Shown piece by piece: positions 18,887 to 27,521 of a stretch of DNA of 32,000 nt. The notes beneath the pieces were generated by a model. That model was not told the DNA's origin. It did no database searches and was given only the letters and a program-made list of their open reading frames with translations. Within the stretch, counting starts at the first letter, position 1; every line of letters begins with the position of its first letter. A program made the translations under genes and the position numbers. Source of the DNA: Acaryochloris thomasi RCC1774 (GTDB lineage: Bacteria > Cyanobacteriota > Cyanobacteriia > Thermosynechococcales > Thermosynechococcaceae); the NCBI RefSeq assembly GCF_003231495.1, contig NZ_PQWO01000002.1, positions 30,001-62,000 of the forward strand, in the 5' to 3' direction.

Positions 18887-19501
18887 TTACTGCAGGCTGC
18901 GGTTGAACATTTTGGGTAAAGCCCACTTTTTCCGCTTGCCCTTCTCTTTTTCTAAGGTGTCTAACATCCGCTCGACATGCTCTGCCCGTAAGTCAGCTTC
19001 TTGAAGCTGGATGTCGCTGACTGCTGATGAATCGAATTTAATGAGCTGTGATTCGTTGACGACCTGATGATAGAGATGTGCGATCGCATCATAAAGCCGC
19101 TCCAAGTACTTATCGGTAAACCACAGCTCTTGCTGAAGATCATGGGTTAAATCTGCTGAATCCATGCCCGAACTCGAAGACAGATCCTGTTGCGCTTTCA
19201 GCTTCTCTCGCTTCGCCAGCAGAGTCACTACAGACTCAATGAGAGGCTTGCCTGTCAAAATTAAGCGGCAAAGTGAACGGGGCAAAGGTCGCTTTTGACC
19301 CACTTCAGTAGTATCGGCGTCAAACTCAATTTCCTCTCGACTGAGCACAACCCGCTTCTTGGGAGAGGCGCTAATCACCCCATAGATCAAGACTTGATCA
19401 CGCTTAGATCGAAGCGCGAAGGCAAAGAAATGCTGCGAGGGTAGCTCGAGATGCGTCACTTCCCAGCACCTAGGAACCTCTGAACGATAGATGGGCGACA
19501 T
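18887..19501 (-). CDS. Hypothetical protein
   Basis: This is ORF 18887..19576, and I prefer ATG 19501 (MSPIYRSEVPRCWEV...). The C-terminal half is predicted helical with a KR-rich tail. I do not recognise a family. Confidence 0.5.
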   Translation of the reverse strand: MSPIYRSEVPRCWEVTHLELPSQHFFAFALRSKRDQVLIYGVISASPKKRVVLSREEIEFDADTTEVGQKRPLPRSLCRLILTGKPLIESVVTLLAKREKLKAQQDLSSSSGMDSADLTHDLQQELWFTDKYLERLYDAIAHLYHQVVNESQLIKFDSSAVSDIQLQEADLRAEHVERMLDTLEKEKGKRKKWALPKMFNRSLQ

Positions 19502-19696
19502 GGTTCTTCTTTCGCTCTTCATCAACCCACTGCTGTGACCAATGTCAACGTGATGGAGGTGCCCTCCCTGAGCCAATCATTCCCTCCCTGGGTCAGAAAT
19601 TGATCAGGGTATGTTCTCTCTATTTGAAGATGCCTAAACCATGGGCTGTTGCTCGTTGCTCTTGCCGTAATCTCTCTCAACCTTTTATTCTCTTGC

Positions 19697-20539
19697 TTAG
19701 TGGACAAGCGCAGGGCCGCCGAAGTTGATGTAGCTGGTTCCCCAGAGCATTTTTATGCTGATGAATAGGAGCAAGCAAGCAAAGATCGTGCGTAATTTAT
19801 CGGCAGGTACGATGCGAGAGAGCTGAGCGCCGATGGGGGCACCCAGCATTGTTAATGGGGCGATCAGGGCCACGGCTGGCCAATAAATATATCCTGTGGA
19901 CCAAGGAATTAGCTCTGTGTTACCGCTCAAGAGCATAAACGAGAGCGTCCCGGTGATGGCAATGGGGAGTGTAAAGGAGGCTGAAGTGCCGCTAGCTTTC
20001 GGCATTGGTAAGCCACAGTACAGCAAAAACGGGACGCTCAAAGCGCCGCCGCCAATGCCCAGGATGCCTGACTTAAAGCCAATCACCATCCCTATCCCGC
20101 TGGTCGCCGCAAAACTTGGGGCCTGAACCGCTTCACTTTCTTCGTTAGACTTCTGCTTGCCTAAGAAAATTTTGAATGCGATCGCAAGTAAAAACACCCC
20201 GAAAATCAGCTCAAGCAGATCCGTTGGCAGCCGATTGGACAGCAAATTTCCCACCACGACCCCCAATCCAATCCAGGCAATGACGCTGCGAAAAATGGAC
20301 CACTGGATATGTCCTTTTGTGTGGTGTGCCCACGTTGAAGACGATGCGGTGAAAATCATGACACACATCGAGGTTCCCGCTGCCATGTGCATGAGGGATG
20401 CTTCAGGCAGATGAATCACCCCAAATAAATAAAACAACCCCGGTACAATCAACATCCCGCCCCCAATTCCAAGGAGGCCCGCCATTACGCCTGCGGTAAT
20501 GCCTAGACCGGCAAATAATCCTAGACTTAAAGGTTCCAT
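19697..20539 (-). CDS. Sulfite exporter TauE/SafE family membrane protein (DUF81)
   Basis: It has the duplicated 4-TM architecture with the G-x-G-G-G motif twice (LLGIGGGMLIVP and ILGIGGGALSVPFL). Confidence 0.85.
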   Translation of the reverse strand: MEPLSLGLFAGLGITAGVMAGLLGIGGGMLIVPGLFYLFGVIHLPEASLMHMAAGTSMCVMIFTASSSTWAHHTKGHIQWSIFRSVIAWIGLGVVVGNLLSNRLPTDLLELIFGVFLLAIAFKIFLGKQKSNEESEAVQAPSFAATSGIGMVIGFKSGILGIGGGALSVPFLLYCGLPMPKASGTSASFTLPIAITGTLSFMLLSGNTELIPWSTGYIYWPAVALIAPLTMLGAPIGAQLSRIVPADKLRTIFACLLLFISIKMLWGTSYINFGGPALVH

Positions 20540-20694
20540 ATCCCAATCATAGGCTTGATTGGGCCGGTATTCTCTAGAATCAAGCGAGATCGCACACGCG
20601 GTTACTCGTCTCTCGCCGCCGTAAAAACTGAGCGGTAAATCAATGAGGGCGAGATTGAACGCTGCCCCAACGATCGTTACGCTGAAGCAAAGTC

Positions 20695-21552
20695 ATGGTG
20701 TCTGCAAACGTGTCTTCTAATGAACAAGCCCGCCGTCTGTTAGTTGCAACTGACTTAGATGCGACGTTACTCGATCATCAAACCTACAGCTATCGTGCAG
20801 CCCTGCCCGCCATTGAGCAGCTCAAGGCTCAGGACTGTCCCATTATTTTTAACTCCAGTAAGACTCAAGCAGAGCAGGCTGTTCTACGAGATGCTCTCGA
20901 TATTCAAGATCCATTCATTATTGAAAATGGGTCTGCCGTCGTCATTCCGTCCGGCCAGCTCGAACATCCAGCCCATGCCCTGACGGCCCAGATCAAGGTT
21001 TTCGGCCCCCCCTATGCTGAGCTGACGGCGCAACTCGATCGCATACGCCAGCAGCATGGGTTTTGCTTTCGGGGGTTCGCAGACCTGAGTGCAGAGACCA
21101 TTGCTGAGATGACGGGACTTTCCGTGCCCGAAGCGACAGCGGCCAAGCAACGCTCTGGTTCCGAGCCGCTGTACTGGGACGATAGTGAATCCGCTTATGA
21201 TGCTTTTGTCGATGCTCTTGCTGAGCTGGGGCTGCAAACAACGCAGGGGGGACGGTTTCGGCACGTTATGGCTAAGACAGATAAGGGAATGGCTTTGAAG
21301 TGGCTCTTAGACCGCTATCGGGCTGTTCTCCCGCACCTAGACTGGACTGTGGTGGCCCTGGGCGATAGTCCTAATGATCTGCCGATGCTGCAGGCTGCTG
21401 ATATTGGCGTCTTGATTCCTAACCCGCATCGCGCGAAGTTCGAGATTCCCAATATCCCCCATTTGGTGACGCCAACGCAGTCGGGGCCGGTGGGCTGGTC
21501 AGAGGCGATTTTTTCTATTATTCAAGGGCCGTTGAAAAAAAATATAGATTAG
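20695..21552 (+). CDS. gpgP: HAD-IIB phosphatase of the mannosyl-3-phosphoglycerate phosphatase family; likely glucosyl-3-phosphoglycerate phosphatase
   Basis: HAD motif I is VATDLDATLLD, motif II is NSSKT and motif IV is GDSPNDLPML. Its position directly upstream of a GpgS-like gene supports the assignment. Confidence 0.75.
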   Translation: MVSANVSSNEQARRLLVATDLDATLLDHQTYSYRAALPAIEQLKAQDCPIIFNSSKTQAEQAVLRDALDIQDPFIIENGSAVVIPSGQLEHPAHALTAQIKVFGPPYAELTAQLDRIRQQHGFCFRGFADLSAETIAEMTGLSVPEATAAKQRSGSEPLYWDDSESAYDAFVDALAELGLQTTQGGRFRHVMAKTDKGMALKWLLDRYRAVLPHLDWTVVALGDSPNDLPMLQAADIGVLIPNPHRAKFEIPNIPHLVTPTQSGPVGWSEAIFSIIQGPLKKNID

Positions 21553-21632
21553 CCTGAAAATCTGTGTGTTAGACATCAATGTTGTGTCCTTGAGTCACGC
21601 TACGCTTAGCCCTGGTACCTTGTATAAAAATT

Positions 21633-22856
21633 ATGGCCGACCTCTTTCAGCATGGTGCGATCGCAACCCTTCACAACCTTACCGATCGCCCCACCGAAGC
21701 TTTAGAAGCTGACCTACTCAAATTTTCTAAACAGCGTCCTCTGGGTTTGATATTGCCAACCCTATTCTCAGAGCTAGAGTCCGACGCCCTGCAGCATATT
21801 GTCGAAGAACTCCGGCAGGTGCCCTATCTGTCTGAGATTATTATTGGCCTAGACTGCGCCAATGCCGAACAGTGGCGCTATGCTCACCAGTACTTTTCCA
21901 AACTGCCCCAGCACCATCGAATTTTGTGGCATGATGGTCCCCGCCTGCAGGCCCTTGACCAAGAACTGGCCGTCCAGGAACTTGCGCCCTTGGCCCGAGG
22001 TAAAGGCCGTAATGTTTGGTATTGTCTCGGCTATATGATGGCCTCTCAGCGCAGTGGGGCCATTGCCCTGCATGACTGCGACATTACCACCTACGACCGC
22101 AGTATGTTGGCCCGCCTCCTGTATCCGGTGGCGAACCCGCAATTCGACTATCGATTCTGTAAAGGCTACTATGCCCGCGTCAGCGAGAATCAGCTCAAGG
22201 GGCGAGTGACACGGCTGCTGGTGACCCCGTTATTGCGGGCTCTAAAGCTAACCCTCGGCACCACAGACTATCTCGACTTTCTTGATAGCTTTCGGTATCC
22301 ACTCTCAGGGGAGTTTGCACTCCGAACTCTGATTGTGCCAGGTTTGCGGATTCCCAGTGATTGGGGTCTAGAAATCGGCATCCTCTCCGAGATTCAGCGG
22401 AACCATGCCCACCACCGGGTTTGCCAGAGCGAGATTCTGGATATTTATGATCATAAACACAAAGAACTCTCGGGCGGGGACCGAGCGGCAGGTCTCTCTA
22501 AGATGAGCATGGACATCACCAAGGCGCTGTTTCGGAAGCTAGCTATTCACGGCCACATCCTCACAAAAGAGACCTTTCGCACCATTAAGGCAACCTACTA
22601 TCGCACGGCTCTGGATTTAGTGGCGGTGTATCAAAATGACGCTCTGATTAATGCTCTTGACTTCGATCGCCATGCTGAGGAGCGCGCCGTGGAAGTCTTT
22701 GCCGAATGCATCATGGAAGCGGGTGATGTGTATATGTCAAACCCAAAGGAGACCCCATTTATCCACTGTTGGGAACGGATTCAGAGCGCTTTCCCCGACT
22801 TCCTCACTAGATTTACGAAAGCTGTCGAACTAGACAATATGGAAACTGAGCTTTGA
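21633..22856 (+). CDS. gpgS: Glucosyl-3-phosphoglycerate synthase (GT81-like glycosyltransferase)
   Basis: The N-terminus FQHGAIATLHNL, the ALHDCD catalytic DxD region, and the pairing with the MPGP-family phosphatase match the cyanobacterial glucosylglycerate pathway genes as I recall them. Confidence 0.7.
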   Translation: MADLFQHGAIATLHNLTDRPTEALEADLLKFSKQRPLGLILPTLFSELESDALQHIVEELRQVPYLSEIIIGLDCANAEQWRYAHQYFSKLPQHHRILWHDGPRLQALDQELAVQELAPLARGKGRNVWYCLGYMMASQRSGAIALHDCDITTYDRSMLARLLYPVANPQFDYRFCKGYYARVSENQLKGRVTRLLVTPLLRALKLTLGTTDYLDFLDSFRYPLSGEFALRTLIVPGLRIPSDWGLEIGILSEIQRNHAHHRVCQSEILDIYDHKHKELSGGDRAAGLSKMSMDITKALFRKLAIHGHILTKETFRTIKATYYRTALDLVAVYQNDALINALDFDRHAEERAVEVFAECIMEAGDVYMSNPKETPFIHCWERIQSAFPDFLTRFTKAVELDNMETEL

Positions 22857-22943
22857 ACGGCAGGCTGAGCAATGTTAGTGAGAACTGCAGTGACAGAAAG
22901 TGTTGGTGAGAGTTGCGATGCTTTCTCTCGCAACCGATTTAGA

Positions 22944-24107
22944 TTACAGCAGCCCAATCAGATGCAGGGGGCCGTGGCCACTCACAAGTTCCACGATCAG
23001 GCCAATAAAGCCCACCATTGCGACACGGCCGTTCCAGCGTTCGGCAGCTCTTGTCATTCCCCAAGCTCGTTGCTCCTGCGGATAGATCTTGACCTGTTTG
23101 GCTGGATGCATCACCTGTGAAAAGTCGAGCGCAGGTTTTGCTAGCGCGTTAAGCACCAAGTTACTGAGTGCACTAATAAATGTAGGTTCAATGTTAGGAG
23201 CCGGTACCCGTCTAAATTCTTCAACACCAGATTCTAAAGCTAGCTCCCGGTACTCCATATCAATTTCCTGCAGCGTCTCGATGTGCTCAGAAATAAAGCT
23301 GATCGGCACCACTACCATTCGCTTCACGCCCTGCTCTGCGATCTCTACGATCACTTCGTCGGTGTAGGGCTGCAGCCATTCTTTTGGACCGACTCGACTC
23401 TGGTAAGCCAACACAGAGGGATTGGGCCGCTGCAGCGTCTGCATAATTAGCTTTGTACTGCTCTCAATCTCTTTCTGATAGGGATCACCATCTTCTTCGA
23501 CATAGCTTTTTGGGACACCATGGGCGCTAAAAAATACGGTCACATCATCGGGGTTTTCAAACTGATCGAGTTCTTCCTTCAGAAGATTCGACATTGATGC
23601 GATATAACCTGGATGGTCATACCAAGATGGAATCACGCTGTATTTGATATTTTGCAGATCTGGATCGTCAGTCCATAGCTTTTCAAGGAGCCGAAAGCTA
23701 GACCCGCTAGTGCTAATCGAGAATTGCGGATAGAGCGGCAGAATAATTAGCTCTTCGATGCCATCTTTTTTGATATTTGCGATCGCATCATCTGTAAACG
23801 GATGCCAATACCGCATTCCAATATAGATTTTGGCCTCTTGTCCCTTGCTCTTAAGATCGTCCTGCAACGCCTTGGCCTGCGCTTCTGTGATGCGACGCAG
23901 CGGTGAACCCCCTCCAATGCGCCGATAGTTCTCTTGGGATGTGCTGGCCCGCAGGGTTGAAATAAACCAAGCAAAAGCCTTCTGCAAACCCTGGACCGGC
24001 AGCCTGAGAATTTCGGGGTCAGAGAACAGATTGTAGAGGAATGGACGAACATCCTCTAATTGCTCTGGGCCTCCTAAATTGAGTAGTAAAACCCCGACAC
24101 GGCTCAT
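22944..24107 (-). CDS. hemH: Ferrochelatase with a C-terminal CAB/Hlip-type chlorophyll-binding helix
   Basis: [12 protein letters not shown]...[10 protein letters not shown]...MRYWHPF...LPLYPQFS...[12 protein letters not shown] is a canonical ferrochelatase. The C-terminal [18 protein letters not shown] is the CAB motif of the cyanobacterial/plastid enzyme. Confidence 0.95.
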   Translation of the reverse strand: MSRVGVLLLNLGGPEQLEDVRPFLYNLFSDPEILRLPVQGLQKAFAWFISTLRASTSQENYRRIGGGSPLRRITEAQAKALQDDLKSKGQEAKIYIGMRYWHPFTDDAIANIKKDGIEELIILPLYPQFSISTSGSSFRLLEKLWTDDPDLQNIKYSVIPSWYDHPGYIASMSNLLKEELDQFENPDDVTVFFSAHGVPKSYVEEDGDPYQKEIESSTKLIMQTLQRPNPSVLAYQSRVGPKEWLQPYTDEVIVEIAEQGVKRMVVVPISFISEHIETLQEIDMEYRELALESGVEEFRRVPAPNIEPTFISALSNLVLNALAKPALDFSQVMHPAKQVKIYPQEQRAWGMTRAAERWNGRVAMVGFIGLIVELVSGHGPLHLIGLL

Positions 24108-24136
24108 AGACTTTAGATTTAGACCTACCTTACGAT

Positions 24137-24154
24137 AACGTAACCAATTGTAAC
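24137..24154 (-). promoter_or_regulatory. HLR1-type direct repeat (candidate RpaB binding site) upstream of hemH
   Basis: The minus strand reads GTTACAAT-TG-GTTACGTT, against the consensus (G/T)TTACA(T/A)(T/A)-N2-(G/T)TTACA(T/A)(T/A). That is 15 of 16 consensus positions with correct 2-nt spacing. It lies 30-47 nt upstream of the hemH ATG, abutting a possible -10 element TAAGGT. Confidence 0.5.
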
Positions 24155-24308
24155 AATATATCTTTTCTTAAGTATTGAAGCGCTTCAATCCCCTCTATTG
24201 AGAGGGGCAATTTTTCGTAAACAATTGCAGCTTACACCGCTACAGGTCTTCAGAATTACGTTAAGATCGATACATATCTTAATGATGAACTGCTCTTGGA
24301 GGTAGCCG

Positions 24309-26048
24309 ATGGTTGCGCTGAACGAAAATCGCCCTGCAACTCAGAATCGACTCACGACTCAAGCTCAAGAGATTGCGGCTGACACCACGGTGCTGCGCTC
24401 GTTAGACTGGGACCGCGATCGCTTCGATATCGAATTTGGCCTCCAGAACGGAACAACATATAACTCGTATCTGATTCGAGGGGAGAAAACTGCACTGGTT
24501 GATACCTCTCATGAAAAATTCCGCGATCTGTATCTGAAGCTTCTCAAGCAAGAAATTGATCCGGCTGACATTGACTACCTTGTGATCAGCCACACCGAAC
24601 CCGATCACAGCGGTCTCGTTCCAGATATTTTGGCGCTGGCTCCCGACGCCACGGTTGTAGGTGCAAAGGTAGCGCTCAAGTTCCTTGAAGACCTCGTGAA
24701 CCAGCCTTTCCCTCAGCAGGTTGTCAAAAGCGGCGAACAGCTCGATCTTGGCAACGGTCACGTTCTAGAATTCATCAACGCCCCCAACCTCCACTGGCCG
24801 GATACCATTTTTACCTACGATCATGCGTCCGGGATTCTATACACCTGTGATGCTTTCGGTGCCCACTACTGCAAAGATGATGTCTTTGATGAAGATTTAG
24901 AAGATCTATCGCCGGACTATCGTTTCTACTATGAGTGCCTGATGGCTCCCAATGCTCGCTCGGTGCTGTCTGCCATGAAGCGGATGGACAAGCTAGAGGG
25001 AGAAGTTGAAACCATCGCCACAGGACATGGCCCCCTGCTGCGCCACAATCTGACGGAATTAACCGGGCGATATCGTGAGTGGAGTCAGGCTAAAGCCAAG
25101 GCCGAAAAGACCGCTGCTGTTTTCTACATTTCAGACTATGGGTATAGCGATCGCATCTCCCAGGCCATCGCTCGAGGGATCTCAAAAACCGGCGTCGCTG
25201 TTGAAATGATGGACCTCAAGGCCGCAGATGCGCAGGAGATTCAAGAACTTGCGAGTCACGTTTCTGCGATTGCCATTACGCCACCGCCTGCTTCTGGTCC
25301 CCATGCCACAAAGGTGCAAGCTGGCCTTGCCACTATTCTGGCCGCAGCTAACAACAAACAAATCGTCGGCGTCTTTGAATCCTATGGCGGTGATGATCAG
25401 CCGATTGATCCGATCGTGACCCAGTTCCGTGACCTGGGCCTTAAAGAAGGATTTCCGAGTGTTCGCGTTAAAGATACGCCCGGTGAAGGTATCTATCAGC
25501 AGTGCGAAGAATCAGGGACTGACCTAGGTCAAAAGCTAACGCTCAAGGATAATATCAAGAAGGTCAAGGCCATTGATAACGACCTAGAGAAGGCGCTAGG
25601 CCGGATTAGCGGCGGCTTGTATATTATCACCGCCCAGAAAGGCAAGCTGACGGGGGCGATGTTGGCTTCATGGGTGGCTCAGGCCAGCTTTGACCCGCCA
25701 GGGTTTACGGTGGCCGTCGCAAAAGATCGCGCCATTGAATCATTGATGCAGGTGGGTGACAGCTTTGTTCTCAATATTTTGGAAGCTGATAATTATTCAC
25801 ACTTGATGAGTCACTTTCTGAAGCGATTTCCGCCCGGTGCCGATCGCTTTGCGGGGGTGAAAACCCGCGAGGCCGAAAATGGGTCTCCGATTTTGGGTGA
25901 TGCTTTGGCTTACTTAGAATGTGAAGTTGTGAGCCGCATGGAATGTAGCGATCACTGGCTAGTTTACAGTCAGGTCAAAGCGGGCAAGGTCTCTAATCTA
26001 GATAGCCTTACGGCTGTACATCACCGACAGGTCGGAACTTACTACTAG
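24309..26048 (+). CDS. flv3: Class-C flavodiiron protein with canonical diiron ligands and a C-terminal flavin reductase domain (Flv3/FlvB-like)
   Basis: It has a metallo-beta-lactamase-like domain with H-T-E-P-D-H (24591-24608), plus LHWPD, CDAFG and GHGP. A flavodoxin-like domain and a C-terminal flavin-reductase domain (LYIITAQKG...ASWVAQASFDPPG) follow. An RBS GGAGG lies 8 nt upstream of ATG 24309. The paralogue name is an inference. Confidence 0.9.
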   Translation: MVALNENRPATQNRLTTQAQEIAADTTVLRSLDWDRDRFDIEFGLQNGTTYNSYLIRGEKTALVDTSHEKFRDLYLKLLKQEIDPADIDYLVISHTEPDHSGLVPDILALAPDATVVGAKVALKFLEDLVNQPFPQQVVKSGEQLDLGNGHVLEFINAPNLHWPDTIFTYDHASGILYTCDAFGAHYCKDDVFDEDLEDLSPDYRFYYECLMAPNARSVLSAMKRMDKLEGEVETIATGHGPLLRHNLTELTGRYREWSQAKAKAEKTAAVFYISDYGYSDRISQAIARGISKTGVAVEMMDLKAADAQEIQELASHVSAIAITPPPASGPHATKVQAGLATILAAANNKQIVGVFESYGGDDQPIDPIVTQFRDLGLKEGFPSVRVKDTPGEGIYQQCEESGTDLGQKLTLKDNIKKVKAIDNDLEKALGRISGGLYIITAQKGKLTGAMLASWVAQASFDPPGFTVAVAKDRAIESLMQVGDSFVLNILEADNYSHLMSHFLKRFPPGADRFAGVKTREAENGSPILGDALAYLECEVVSRMECSDHWLVYSQVKAGKVSNLDSLTAVHHRQVGTYY

Positions 26049-26069
26049 TAAGTTGCGATGTCGAATAAA

Positions 26070-26099
26070 GCCCTTGTGAATCGATTCATTCACAAGGGC
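26070..26099 (+). terminator. Perfect 12-bp hairpin 22 nt downstream of the flv3-type stop
   Basis: GCCCTTGTGAAT-cgattc-ATTCACAAGGGC. There is no U-tract on the plus strand (AAATAAA follows), so it may be a processing or bidirectional element. Confidence 0.4.
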
Positions 26100-26403
26100 A
26101 AATAAATTGTACGGAAATTGCGCAGCGTTGAAGCTGGCACTTTCTAACGATAGCTGGTCTATATAAAGCGTAAGTTAAGGTTTTGAGCCAATGCAGTGCT
26201 CATGGCGGCAGTCAGACTTTCTGAACACGATAGATTTCATGCCTGTGAAAAAAGTTTGTCCGGTATGTTAGATCGAACAAGGCAGACGGGCATACTTGAG
26301 TCGTAACGCAGATTTAAGGACAACTCAATCGCTTTCTAGGGCTTCCAATCTCAAAAAAGCGGCTGAGTGAGAACAACTCTCTGTGTTCCCCAAATAACCA
26401 GAT

Positions 26404-26433
26404 GCCCCTAGCTTCACCGCTGGGGGTTTTTAT
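26404..26433 (+). terminator. Intrinsic-terminator-like hairpin plus T-run, with no obvious upstream plus-strand gene
   Basis: CCCC(T)AGC-ttcacc-GCTGGGG is followed by TTTTTATT. It lies ~360 nt beyond the flv3-type stop and inside duplicated module A (see findings). Confidence 0.5.
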
Positions 26434-26592
26434 TAGCTTAGCGTCTGCTCAGCCGCTTCCCCTGAGTAGATTTACTGATCTCGATCGATTTACCGTTAGC
26501 GCGGCTCTTCTGATGTTTCTCGCCGCTCACAGAGGATTCGTGTTGCTCAACGGCAAGATGACATTCAGTTGCCTCCCTTGAAGCAAAATGCT

Positions 26593-26814
26593 CTATCGTC
26601 GGTAATCTCTTAATCGGGCTTGGACTCCCTCGGGATAATTTTCGCAGTAGACACCACAGGTGTTATCAACTCGGTAGTCACGCAGTCTGGCCCCAGAATA
26701 GCCATCTGGATAATTCTCACACATTGCACCACTACAGCTAGTCGCTGCGTTGACGGTTGAGACAAGTAGGGTCGGGAGCGCAATGAGGCTAATCGAAAAG
26801 AGGATTTTTTTCAT
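26593..26814 (-). CDS. Small secreted Cys-containing protein (73 aa) with a duplicated C-x(3,4)-C-E-N-Y-P-[DE]-G..A-R-L-R-D-Y-R module
   Basis: ATG 26814 is preceded by GGAG 11 nt upstream. The Sec-type signal is MKKILFSISLIALPTLLVSTVNA. The mature part is ATSCSGAMCENYPDGYSGARLRDYRVDNTCGVYCENYPEGVQARLRDYRR. I do not recognise a family. Confidence 0.6.
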   Translation of the reverse strand: MKKILFSISLIALPTLLVSTVNAATSCSGAMCENYPDGYSGARLRDYRVDNTCGVYCENYPEGVQARLRDYRR

Positions 26815-27204
26815 AGGTGATTCTCCGATAGCGGATGAAAGCAGCAGAAACTGATGCCCGTTTGGGCATGGGTCAAAACACAAATTAAGAATCTCTCAAC
26901 TGTTGTCTCAAGCCATTGCTCTAAGAAGCGATGGAGTCAGGGAAAATTCTTGTGTTCCTTAAACAACAGGCTTCTCTTGCCTGACCGTTCAAAGCTTTTA
27001 TTAGCCTAACAACTGCCGATCTACATCATCCTGGGTGCTTACACGGAACTTTGAGACGCTATCGATTTGCTGGGCAGAATGTCCCACCAGCTTTATTTAT
27101 AAAGGCATAGGAGCTTTCTCTCAAAGGCACAAATGATGCCACTCATTCTCTACGGCGCTAAAATCGACGTAAAAATACTGAGTGTCTCAAGTTTGTCAGA
27201 TTGT

Positions 27205-27405
27205 TTAATTGATTGTGTCGTCGTTAATCAGCCTGGGTACAACAATTCCCTGTCCCGTTTCGGGACTATGTCGCCACTCCGAAGATTTCATTGATAGAAG
27301 AGAGATGTCATAGGACAGCATCCTATCCCTGGCTTCGTCAGGCGTTTTATAAATCGATGATCTTGTATAGAAGTGGTGCCACTTGAATGGTTCAGTCGGA
27401 TTCAT
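27205..27405 (-). CDS. Questionable small hypothetical ORF (66 aa)
   Basis: It is only an open frame downstream of the methyltransferase on the same strand. There is no clear RBS and no recognisable motif. Confidence 0.25.
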   Translation of the reverse strand: MNPTEPFKWHHFYTRSSIYKTPDEARDRMLSYDISLLSMKSSEWRHSPETGQGIVVPRLINDDTIN

Positions 27406-27521
27406 CTCGGAAAAAGCAGGAGACAGGCAGACTCTCTAGATTACAGACCAGTGCTGATTGCACCTATGTTTTGCCGTTTAATTCACCTCAGGCTCTATCG
27501 TGGGTGCAATAACATCTGAGA

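Noticed and set aside
22872-23367. Plus-strand ORFs antisense to hemH (22872..23120, 22900..23085, 23089..23367)
   Set aside because: They lie entirely within the strongly supported ferrochelatase gene on the other strand.
26191-26271. 26-codon plus-strand ORF MQCSWRQSDFLNTIDFMPVKKVCPVC with a terminal CxxC
   Set aside because: It is too short and lacks support. It lies in the decayed duplicate region and cannot be distinguished from chance.
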